A stretch of DNA of 60,330 nucleotides, the filler included, from Squatina squatina (Eukaryota), in the NCBI GenBank assembly GCA_031763465.1. It is 4 parts of 4 records of this genome, joined end to end, with 100 filler letters (N's around TTAATTAATTAA, not from the genome) between each part and the next. Parts side by side here need not be neighbours in the genome. Positions count along the whole stretch, not along the records: positions 46,143 to 60,330 come from JARFOE010000100.1; 3 more parts are not named here. One strand, given 5' to 3'. Each line of letters begins with the position of its first letter. The first letter of the stretch is position 1. Both the position numbers and the translations under genes were made by a program. Below the pieces are notes generated by a model. It searched no databases. It had not been told where the DNA came from and saw only the letters and a program-made list of their open reading frames with translations. Below are positions 49,420 to 60,330 of the stretch, piece by piece.

Positions 49420-52026
49420 GTAAGTTTAAATCTGGCCCTTGTCACATGGTTTCAATGTACCCATTGATGAAAACTTAAGCTTACCTTTGCTCCTGTAATG
49501 TACAGTTAATGTAAAATGTTATGGTTTATCAAGTTTTTTAAATATGATTTGTGCCTAAATTTTCACGTTCACTGAAAGGCCATGAGATCATAAATTGAAT
49601 TTAAGGAGCTTTTGTTTCTTTTTCTTATTTCTGTCAACATAAATGGGGAATGGTATTTGCTATACTTGCTGTGATGGTTGGGGGAGGGATTACTATGCCA
49701 ATTTCAAATTGGTGAAATAATCATCTAGGTTGATCCATTTTGGCCTGCCATGATATTGGACCACAGAACAGTAAGTCTCCATGCAGTGAATTCTTGGCTA
49801 GACCAGTGTTGTCCAATATAAATTGCTGACTAGCCATGGGTGTGTCTACACATGTAAATGTAGTTCGTGTGTATTTACTTATAAATATCCAACACCATTC
49901 AGTAACCATGGAAGTAAAGCACTTGTACACTTTTGCTTTTCGCCTTTCCATTTGTCCAACAAACGCACAGAAAGGTTAAAGTACACATGCATATGCTGCA
50001 CAAATATGAATATTGAGATCAAGTGCCCAATGACTGTATCTATTACTCTTTTATTTACTAATCAGAAATGGAATTAGCCACATTTTGGATTTTCAGTTAG
50101 CTACTAGTGGCTAATACATTGTACAACACTGTACCCCTTCCCCCAACCCCAAAAGAGACATCTCAAAAATGATGATTCATAATGGAAGAGATCTTAGTGA
50201 TGGAAATTGGATACTCACTATATCTTTAACACCATTTATACAGATAGTTAGATTGAAGTTCCATAGATGGAATTCAGTAATGCAGTTATGTTGTAAGCTA
50301 AAATTAAATTATTAACTTAAACCATTGCTTATGGTGTGTAATTTAATGAGGCTGTTAACGATGCAAGAGGCATCAGTGGTTAAATTTCAGACAGGAATAC
50401 ATATTTGCATAATGTTCAACACTTGCTCATAACTGCACCGTGCTGAATTCGATTTGCTGAAAGAATCTAATGGAGATACTGATTAATGTGCAGCCCTGAA
50501 TGTCTAATCCTAGTTTAGTTTTAAGGTGTATATAAAGTGCTTCTTTAGTGGTGAACATGATTGATTGTATGAGCAGTCCCTACTTCCATTTCTCATACTG
50601 TGACTGGCACCTCCTTCTCCAGATGGGACCTGATTTGCAGATGCCTGCACTCAATATGGGACCTCTTATGCAGCCCATGATACTTAGGTTTGAGCTTTGG
50701 ACAGTCTGAGTTAGCCCTGATGTTTCTACAGAAGCAAGTTGATATCAGGTGAAGGGTATGGAGCAGCAACTTGAGAGTAGTCAGACACATAAGTAGGGAT
50801 GGACTTCATTCTGCTTCCTCAATCTTAATTTCATGCAAACTTGGATTGGTAATGACAACATCTCGCAGGGGTACAGCATGTTGCAGCAAGCATCCTGAAC
50901 AGGGACAAAGCTAGCAAGTTTGAGACTCCTTGTAAAAGTAATTTGCTGCATTATTCAGAGACCACATTATCTCTGACCTCCAAAAACAAGAGGTTATTGC
51001 AGCTTCCATGACCGTAGCCAATGGCAGACTTCTGGGTGTGGGGAAGAAGATAGGACAGCTACTCTACCTTTTTGTCCACTCATCCTGGGTTCTCAAAGTA
51101 CAGATCCTGCAAAAGATTATCGTACTCTTTTGTACGATATACCTGATGAAACTAGAGTAAAGTACTATTCATTGTATNNNNNNNNNNNNNNNNNNNNNNN
51201 NNNNNNNNNNNNNNNNNNNNNNNNNNNNNNNNNNNNNNNNNNNNNNNNNNNNNNNNNNNNNNNNNNNNNNNNNNNNNCTTAAAAAGTTATAGATTACACA
51301 TATACAATATATAATCATATGGGCTCAAAAATTCATCAATTATTGATCACAGAGGTTTTTCTTTTACTTCATCAAGTCACTGTTACAAATTAAGCATTTA
51401 AAGTTTGTATAAGGTAACAGCAATTAGTAGGCTCCGAAGACCTACCCTGGAAATTATACATGCTTTTAAATTTAGTTTTTTCTTTATACTCCTCTTTCAA
51501 GATGGAGTATGTGATCATTTTCATTGAAATTAAAGTCATTTTTGAAGAACATAGCTCAACCAGGAACACATTTACAGTCTGGATCGGCTTTACACAAGTT
51601 GTTGAATTGAAGCACATGCACAATGGGGTACTTTCAGCACATCCAACACAATGCTTCCTCTAATTTATTTTTTATGTGCGGTCCGTTTAAATTTGCTGCT
51701 CAAACAGCCTGCCCAGGACTTCCGATTGATGCACGGCCCCTTAGGGAAACATATTGATGTAAATTATTTTATTTCAGCACTATTATCCACTCTGACTTGG
51801 TAAAATTCCAGTGCAGAGCACCAAAACTGCATTTTTGGGCAGATTTTGTTATGAGGACTTGTGGATGCAATTTACAGGATCATAAGGCCTCACAAAAAAT
51901 GTTAGGTAACTAACCTTTACACCAAATGTGACATGTATGTGACTTTTTTTTTAAAAAAGGGTACATAATCTTATTACAAATGCAATATTTTAGGTCGGGA
52001 TTATCAAGGGAGAAGAAAAGACTTAC

Positions 52027-52147
52027 TCTATATTTTTGGCTGAAACTGCTAGCCACGTGCTTGCAACGGTTGTGAGCTCCACTCTTCGGATTTTCAGACA
52101 TTCATCAGGGCTAGGCCATCCGAGGCTAACGTAATCTCGCTTCTTTC
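52027..52147 (-). CDS. TTC17: Tetratricopeptide repeat protein 17 exon (121 nt)
   Basis: ctttcag|...|gtaagt; (G)KKRDYVSLGWPSPDECLKIRRVELTTVASTWLAVSAKNI vs recalled human GKKRDYQRLGWPSPDECLKLRWVELTAIVSTWLAVSSKNI. Confidence 0.85.
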
Positions 52148-52199
52148 CTGAAAGATACAGAAATATTAAGCCAACTAAAACAGCAGCAGTACACATTAT

Positions 52200-52296
52200 A
52201 AACTAAAATAACAGAAAATGCTGGAAAAATACTCAGGTCAGGCAGCATCTGTGGAGAGAGAAATAGAATCAACGTTAACTCTGCTTCTTTCTTCGG
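52200..52296 (+). repeat. Short dispersed repeat (family not assigned)
   Basis: aacagaaaatgctggaaa...tcaggcagcatctgtggagagag; inverted copy at 38438-38512, related sequence at 13045-13200. Confidence 0.6.
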
Positions 52297-53078
52297 NNNN
52301 NNNNNNCATTTTTCTTAAATTTCAGTATACATAAACACAGGGTTAACATCTGCTCACTATGCATTCATAAACTAACAGGGCCATACAACAGTGATACCTT
52401 CCCAGCCAGATGGTCAATCTGTTTTCTGCAACTGAAAGGACTTTCAGCAGTGCTTCACTGGGCTGCTAGGTGGAGCACTCTCCAATAATGAAGTGATTCA
52501 CCTCAGGAACTGAACTTCTGGAACCGAAGCTGCTTTAGTGACTCGTTACAAAGTGCCACTGGCAGAGATTTACAAGCAGTTTTGTAAAGATGAAACCTAC
52601 AAGTTGTGAGTTAGCAAAAATATGAAAGTTCATACTAAAGGCAATGCTGATTCTATGTTACTTAGGAGTAGTGAAAATAAATGAGGGCCTACTCATATTT
52701 TAAACTTAACACAATCCTATGAAATTGCTTCATCTGTTATTTTAACCAGTTTTAAATAAACTTCCAACATGCTGCCATTAAAACAGCAGACAAAATAATT
52801 TAATATGAATGCATTAAAGGTAATTTGATGGTCTATTTTTAAATATACAATAATCACAAAACATTCTCTCTCTCTTGTATTATCTTAGAATGCAGCAAAT
52901 GTTAGTTTTGAATACAAAAAGAATGAACAGCAGCTACAATCAGTGGCCACTATTTTACTCTTCAGAAAAATTACCTGCCAGATCTCCAGTGAATACACCC
53001 ATGTGAATAACACAGACTGATCCAAAGAAAAAAAAAGGGGCACGGACAATTCCAAGCCTACATTATGTAACAATTTAC

Positions 53079-53256
53079 CTTGTGGTCCTGGAGAGGGTAC
53101 TTTAGGCCCACTTATTTCAAACGCAGACCGGTAATGACCATCATCTTCCTCATTTACCAGATAATTGTCACTCTTCTCACCGCTTCGAATAGTGAAATCC
53201 TGAGTGTCTGCATTGTCTGTTTTTGACTTCTTAATACGTTTAACTTGAACAGTTAT
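53079..53256 (-). CDS. TTC17: Tetratricopeptide repeat protein 17 exon (178 nt)
   Basis: ITVQVKRIKK...HYRSAFEISGPKVPSPGPQ vs recalled human ITVQVKRVKK...RYQANLEITGPKVASPGPQ; phase-1 end joins the 52147 exon in frame. Confidence 0.82.
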
Positions 53257-53891
53257 CTTTTCAAAAAAAAAAGTATATAGAGTTGCAAGATTTAAAAATT
53301 TTACACAACAATAAACACTAAGCATGTAAAAATAATCTTTGTTACAATAGCAAAAGCAGTCTGTTAGAATCACTACATATATCTTGCATATGACTGCACT
53401 TCTGGTCGATAAATGTTACTTTCTGGGAAAAATATAAGTAAATACTTCACAGCCATGGTGTGATGTTTTGCCCTTCAACTGTAATTTCTAATTTCCAAAA
53501 TAAGATTTTAAACAAAATCAAAAATTACCCATTTCACAGTAACATGACAATTTACTCAATGAAATGTCTTTTGTGTCTTTTAATACCATAATTACTTCAA
53601 GGTCTCAGCCTACCACAATAGCCTGGGCTGCAACAGAATATTTGTACCTCACAACAGTTGAATAGAGCTTGAACCACATGTGTGCTCTGAACATAGAGTT
53701 TGCAATCTGTGTGCATCAGCTTGAGTTGATGCACAATGCTGTGTCCCATCATCTTGTGAGGATTTGTTTGTACACAACTTATTGCAAGTAAGTTACAATA
53801 AAACTTGGGAAATTAAAATTTTGTCATAGCATTGTATTTTAAAGTGAGGTCAGTATATTAAGAAAAATCTGAATTTGATTTTTGTTTGCAG

Positions 53892-53960
53892 TGGGAGGAC
53901 AGAAGTCCAGTCTGTGCAATATGGAAAAGAGAAAGCAAACAAAGACAGGGTATTTGCAAG
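53892..53960 (+). CDS. PTPN4: PTPN4 FERM-adjacent exon (69 nt)
   Basis: GRTEVQSVQYGKEKANKDRVFA(R); ttgcag| and |gtatga. Confidence 0.92.
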
Positions 53961-54644
53961 GTATGATGTGATGTTTATATCATCCTTTATAATGGAATGA
54001 GGTTTTTTCAAAATTTCCTAATTAAATCAAAGCACTGATGATTTGATGATAATGGATTTGGCCATTTAGTTGAATGATTTATAAATTATGTAGAATTATT
54101 ATTGATAAGGTTTTACTCTTTATTTGGTATTATGCCATTAACTTAGTTGTGGGTACTTCCGATCACTCCCTGAAAAGCCAGTGGAAGATCCCCAGAAACT
54201 TCTGGCCATTGCATCAGCACCATTTCTGGTATCTGAGCCGAAGGCAGAGGCATCAGCAGCAACGGAGTGACATGAGATGACTGCAGAATGCTGCAAGGGC
54301 TGAACACCAACAGGGCCATGCACAGGCTGATAATGCTCAACCACATGGCCCTGCACAGCAAGGTGCTCAGTAGCATCCTGTCAATGGAGGGAGAAGGTAT
54401 ATATATATTGGAGGCAACTTGGAACTGAAACTGGCAATGACAGATTTTCCCTGTCATTGCCAGGGGTCCTTAAAGGCACATGGCCTGTGACATCGGCCAC
54501 CATCTTTAAACATCAGTCGACGTCATTGTTGGCCGATGTCTGGCAGCCAATCACCCCCGAGGATTCTTGTCAGCATGCTCTCTGCCGTGCCGGCAGCTTC
54601 AGGAAAAAGTTTCAACTCACCTGGTGGCCCTGTGGGCCCTGGAT

Positions 54645-55345
54645 TTGGCCTCAACTGCCTTCTGTGGCAGAGAATTCCACAGGTTCACCACTCTCTGGGT
54701 GAAGAAATTACTCCTCATCTCAGTCCTCAATGGCTTACCCCTTATCCTTTGGCTGTGACCCCTGGTTCTGGACTCACCTGCCTTCGGGAACATCCTTCCT
54801 GCATCTAGTCTGTCTAGTTCTATTAAAATTTTATAAGTTTCAATGAGATCCCCTCACAATCTTCTAAACTCGAGTGAATATAAGCCTAAGCAACCCAATC
54901 TCTCTTCATACGTCATCCCTGCCATCCCAGGAATCAGTCTGGAGAATCTTCACTGCACTCCCTCCATGGCAAGAACATCCTTACTCAGGTAAGGTGACCA
55001 AAACTGCACACAATACTCAAGGTGTGGTCTCACCAAGGCCCTGTATAATTGCAGCAAGACNNNNNNNNNNNNNNNNNNNNNNNNNNNNNNNNNNNNNNNN
55101 NNNNNNNNNNNNNNNNNNNNNNNNNNNNNNNNNNNNNNNNNNNNNNNNNNNNNNNNNNNNCGTTAAATTTCATTTGCCACTTCTCTGCCCATTCCACCAG
55201 CCTGTATATGTCCTTTTGAAGTCTATCATTATCCTCCTCACTGTTCACTGTGCTTCCAAGTTTTGTCATATGCAAATTTTGAAATTGAGCTCTGTACACC
55301 CAAGTTCAAGTCATCAATATATATCAAGAAAAGCAGTGGTCCTAA
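54645..55345 (-). mobile_element. CR1-type LINE fragments on both sides of a gap
   Basis: TKLGSTVNSEEDNDRLQKDIYRLVEWAEKWQMKFN plus 3'-region motifs. Confidence 0.8.
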
Positions 55346-55905
55346 TACCTAGGTTTAACCATATAAATCGGTGAAAGTCGACATTTTGCCTTAACGTGGC
55401 TGTATTCTATGAATTGAGTGCTGAATTCAACAAAAGTATAAAGGGGAAAAAGTTTGTTTAAAGAAAATCGTACAAACATGAATGACTTCACAGGCTCTTG
55501 TCACTGCAGACGGATTGATTCAGTTTCTGAACTAGCCAACGACATCCACAACCTGCAAGCCATGGCATAGCTGCAGTATATAATGGACTGGAAAATCACA
55601 TCTAGGTGCTTTCAAAACTGTCTTTCAAAAGCCTGTAGATTGTAGGAGGATGGGAAAACTAAGGAAGGTAATGGGTTGCTTTCATTTAATTTCACAGAAA
55701 AGGTGAGAAAGGATCTCAAGTGAACAATCATTCACGAAAAATGGTAATTGGTTAGTTTACGCCTCATTTGTTGAAAATTGACCTCCAGGGTTGAATGTTA
55801 ATAGTTCATATGTTCCACCAACACCTCTTAATTTGTAACCTTTCAGAAGAATCTCCAACCTGTTCAGTACATATGACTTTAATATCCTGTTTCTGCTTTC
55901 TGCAG

Positions 55906-55989
55906 CCGAATGGTATTGTTCCTCATGACAATCTAGTTCTGATTCGAATGAAAGCGGATGAGAATGGGAGATTCGGTTTCAATGTTAAG
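55906..55989 (+). CDS. PTPN4: PTPN4 PDZ-domain exon (84 nt)
   Basis: PNGIVPHDNLVLIRMKADENGRFGFNVK. Confidence 0.93.
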
Positions 55990-58763
55990 GTAGGACATCT
56001 TGCTCATATTTACAAACTCTCTTCTGCAATTGAATGTGCATCAACTATTCTGAATTTAAGTCAATTTAGTCTTCGCAATAACATTTCATTACAATTAAGG
56101 ATTTTTCTGACCATTTTTCCTATAGGAATTATTTGGAAATAAGTTACTTTTTTTAAAGCAAAAAGGCACCAGATGAAAGGTGGTTACATAAAACTGAGGG
56201 GGCCCAATTAGATCAGATGCGATAAGGCGCGTAACGGACGTAAGTGAGGTTATGCCCATTTCGAGCGTAAGTCCGCTGCGCTTGCCAATTGGGTATCCCC
56301 CAGCACAGCCCTCTGCTGTGTGCATCAGCAGAAACGCCTGGGTCACAGGTTTCGACGTCGGGCTGCCGGGATGATGTCATCATCTGGCACCATGCCCGAC
56401 CTGCACTTTGCCCCGTAATTTGGCCTGCACCTGGCATGCAGGTGCGGACTGCACCGACTTTTACCCTCCGCGATCCCGTTGGTGGCCGCCATGTTCGTCA
56501 CCGAGAATTTAAAGGCAGCAATTTTGGAGCAGCTGCTGATAGTCAGAGGTGCGGCCCCCAACACCATAGAGTTGTTTTTTTTTTAATTCGTTCCTGCATT
56601 TATTGCCCATCCCTTGTTGCCCTTGAGAAGGTGGTGATGAGTTGCCTTCTTGAACCGCTGCCGTACTTTTTGTAGCGATTGTTTACAACTGAGTGGCTTG
56701 CTAGGCCATTTCAGAGGGCAGATAAGAGTCAATCACATTGCTGTGGGACTGTAGTCATGTCTAGGCCAGACCAGGTAAGGATGGCAGATTCNNNNNNNNN
56801 NNNNNNNNNNNNNNNNNNNNNNNNNNNNNNNNNNNNNNNNNNNNNNNNNNNNNNNNNNNNNNNNNNNNNNNNNNNNNNNNNNNNNNNNNNNNNNNNNNNN
56901 NNNNNNNNNNNNNNNNNNNNNNNNNNNNNNNNNNNNNNNNNNNNNNNNNNNNNNNNNNNNNNNNNNNNNNNNNNNNNNNNNNNNNNNNNNNNNNNNNNNN
57001 NNNNNNNNNNNNNNNNNNNNNNNNNNNNNNNNNNNNNNNNNNNNNNNNNNNNNNNNNNNNNNNNNNNNNNNNNNNNNNNNNNNNNNNNNNNNNNNNNNNN
57101 NNNNNNNNNNNNNNNNNNNNNNNNNNNNNNNNNNNNNNNNNNNNNNNNNNNNNNNNNNNNNNNNNNNNNNNNNNNNNNNNNNNNNNNNNNNNNNNNNNNN
57201 NNNNNNNNNNNNNNNNNNNNNNNNNNNNNNNNNNNNNNNNNNNNNNNNNNNNNNNNNNNNNNNNNNNNNNNNNNNNNNNNNNNNNNNNNNNNNNNNNNNN
57301 NNNNNNNNNNNNNNNNNNNNNNNNNNNNNNNNNNNNNNNNNNNNNNNNNNNNNNNNNNNNNNNNNNNNNNNNNNNNNNNNNNNNNNNNNNNNNNNNNNNN
57401 NNNNNNNNNNNNNNNNNNNNNNNNNNNNNNNNNNNNNNNNNNNNNNNNNNNNNNNNNNNNNNNNNNNNNNNNNNNNNNNNNNNNNNNNNNNNNNNNNNNN
57501 NNNNNNNNNNNNNNNNNNNNNNNNNNNNNNNNNNNNNNNNNNNNNNNNNNNNNNNNNNNNNNNNNNNNNNNNNNNNNNNNNNNNNNNNNNNNNNNNNNNN
57601 NNNNNNNNNNNNNNNNNNNNNNNNNNNNNNNNNNNNNNNNNNNNNNNNNNNNNNNNNNNNNNNNNNNNNNNNNNNNNNNNNNNNNNNNNNNNNNNNNNNN
57701 NNNNNNNNNNNNNNNNNNNNNNNNNNNNNCAGCAACTTCACGCTGTTCCAAGTCTGTGGGCAAGCACAAGTGTAATAAATGACTGGCACCATTCACCCGC
57801 TAGTGAAAGCAAAATCCAACCCAATGTGTTCAGATAGGTTGAGAAAGCAAAAAAGTTGAGATCGGAGGTAGTTAAGGTGCCATTAAGTTATCTTTGATGT
57901 TCTTTCCTCATAGTCTATATAATCAACAATTCATTGGCTTTCTGGGCAATTGTAGAACCTATCATGCTCATTGTATTGGAAAGTCTTTGATCTTTTACTG
58001 GCTATAAACTGCAAGATAAAACTGAGAGGCAGTCAGTTTTGTTTTGAAGGAGAATGCTATGATGCACACAAGTGCCAGAGGCTGTGAGAAGGATGAAATA
58101 CAGGAGAGAGGGCTAGAAAATTAGTTTAAGTCAAGCAAGACAACCCACTGATGTGACATAGCATAGTGTATTCACTATTTTTTATTATTCAAAGAGCCAT
58201 TGTACTGGTTGAACTAAGTGAATCAGATCAGGGCTGTTGTTCCGCATGTTCACTCATTGTAAAATAAAGGAGTTTAGTGATTTGTATCAAGCCTCTTCTT
58301 ACCAACTGCTTGCCTGCTTCAGCTTCAGATTGGTAAAGTACACAAGCAAAAGATGCATATATCCGGTCCAAGTCACAGGGAGTATTATTGTTACAACCTT
58401 GGGTTACACTATTGTGAAAGCAGATATAGGGCAGTGTGAGTCAACTCCCATAAAAAATAAGATGTTCATGTTGCTGATTGTTACATGGAGTGGCATCAAT
58501 TGCTCCCAAGGTATTTACAGTAGACCCAAATTTGTAACACACGTCATCAGCTTGGTTTGGACAGCAGAAATTAATATACGTAGAATGAACATTCCTGTAA
58601 TGTTATCTAGTATTGGTGGTGGTCAGTAGTTTTTTTTAAAGCAGTGTGTTGCACCTGGTATTTTAATTGGTTGTTGGGAGCCTGTTCTAGTATAAGTCGT
58701 GCTAAATTGCTCATTGTTAATTTACTGTTTAGGGTAATATTCAGTTCTGTTTCCTTTTTACAG

Positions 58764-58820
58764 GGGGGTATTGATCAGAAAATGCCAGTAATAGTATCAC
58801 GAGTGGCACCTGGAACACCA
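58764..58820 (+). CDS. PTPN4: PTPN4 PDZ-domain exon (57 nt)
   Basis: GGIDQKMPVIVSRVAPGTP; ttacag| and |gtgagt. Confidence 0.93.
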
Positions 58821-59914
58821 GTGAGTAGCTGCCTACAAAGTTCTATATGAAGTATTATTTTCTCAGCAATGCATGATACATTAAGAATCATTAAATTGGC
58901 ATTAACATATTTCAAGGACATCCTAGATGCAATGGTTCTGAACCTGATTTTTGGGAAGGAAAGAAACAGGCTCTGCATTCTTTTTTTTTAAAGAGACCTG
59001 GATATTGTATTCACACCTCAAGCTGCAGTACTCTCCGAAAATATACATAAGTAGACTATTTCTATAGCGCAAAGTGAGAGAAACATCCAGTTTAAAAAAA
59101 AATCTCCAATTTCTTTATCCCTGTAGAATATTAAATCCTTCTAATTTCATGTGATTTCAAACTGGTTTGAAAGAATGTAGATTGTATTTTAATGTCATCA
59201 CCTTGATACCAAAAGCTATATATTAGTGACCTTAATTTCACTGACAAACAATCCACAAAGCCAGCAAAATTTTAAAAAAAATCTAAAAGAAATATGATTT
59301 TTCTTTTAATCTACTCAGGTTTTTTGGTGTCCCATTTTTCCTTCTTGATTTTTGCTTGCTTTTTGATGCTAAAAAAGCTTTTAAGATGCCTGGGTAATAA
59401 ATAACCAAAAAAAAACTTTAATGATCCTTAAAAACAGTGCAGATCTGCCTGCCCAATAATTTCCCCATGTGTATTGTAGCATCTGGGTTTCAGAAGAAAC
59501 TCAAGTGACTTTTTCTGCTGGAAGTGAGGCACTTTTCAATACACCTCCTCTTTCAGCATGAATGATTACATAGCATCTTGCCCCATTTAACAAACCTCTT
59601 GCGGTTATCAAGCTTTCTATCTTTTCATCTACCTACTTCAATACTTTTTGGAAGATTTGACAAGTAATTTTTATTTGCTGAATATCAAGCTGTGTGAAAC
59701 TTATGGAATATGTAAAAGACCAGAGAAAAGTCAAGTTTAACTTAAGGTGTTCAACCGAGAGAGTTTGGTGCTAATGGGCGTTCAAACTAACACTACATTT
59801 TTAAAGTTGGACACAAAGGAATTGATAGTGTAGGTAACCCTTGTTGAGTGTGATGTATTCGGATTTTATGGCTCATTGGTGTATCCAGGGACAACACTAG
59901 GTTGTTTGGGTCAC

Positions 59915-60230
59915 ACTGCAGTACAGTACTGAGGGAGTGTTACATGGTCAGTTCCTGTATTTCAGATGAGATAGGGTATGTCTGCCTTTTCAGATGAATG
60001 TAAAAGATCCCATCTTACACCGAAGAGCAGAGAGTTCTGATGTTTTAGCCAACATTTATCCCTTATTCAACACCACCTAACGATGCCTATTAGGTCATTC
60101 ATCTCACTGCTATTTCTGGGACCCTTGCTGTGGACAAATTGGCTACTGCATTTGCCTACAAAAGTGCCTACACTTCAAAAGTTATCCATACTTTGGAACA
60201 TCTTGAAGATTTGAAAGCGATATACAGAAT
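59915..60230 (+). mobile_element. Deu-domain SINE, degenerate
   Basis: cagtacagtactgagggagtg...gtaaaagatccca..., reverse complement of the copy at 22258. Confidence 0.65.
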
Positions 60231-60330
60231 TTTTTTACTATCTCTAGTAATTTGAGCAAATAATATATTTTTAGATGTAATGTTAATACCCAGTGGTGGT
60301 TCATAATTGCTTTTTGCCCAAATAGGTAGG

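Noticed and set aside
52535-53016. Two additional minus-strand mini-exons (53016-52975 and 52596-52535)
   Set aside because: They need a 62-nt intron, and the TTC17 exons at 53079 and 52147 already join in frame without them
54140-54460. FQGVIGSTH, similar to the Harbinger VQGVIDCTH motif
   Set aside because: Too short and degenerate to call without an alignment
56679-57796. ORFs of 340-370 aa
   Set aside because: Almost entirely N

Overview
Vertebrate genomic DNA, most likely a cartilaginous fish (shark), inferred from the repeat landscape (Deu-type SINEs, CR1/L2/RTE LINE ends, Harbinger remnants, MITEs). It is a fragmented assembly with many 100-N gaps. Three gaps carry an artificial TTAATTAATTAA spacer (13939, 31566, 46087), so the window is four concatenated scaffolds: 1-13894, 13995-31521, 31622-46042 and 46143-60330. 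Only isolated exons are present. Scaffold 1 has no identifiable gene. Scaffold 2 has three NCAN exons, NR2F6 exon 1, a SPRTN-like C-terminal UBZ4 exon, one SLC5A5 exon and one JAK3 exon, mostly a human 19p13.11-type gene set. Scaffold 3 has HTR7 exon 1 and an unidentified CpG-rich 5' end. Scaffold 4 has six PTPN4 exons plus two antisense TTC17 exons. Gene calls rest on my manual translation, splice-site phase and recalled vertebrate protein sequences; no search was run. Best leads: (1) a UBZ4-protein stop codon only 41 nt before the NR2F6 ATG on one gap-free contig; (2) TTC17 exons antisense inside PTPN4; (3) NR2F6 apparently lacking the intron in its DNA-binding domain. No prokaryotic system, CRISPR array, tRNA or rRNA gene was found.
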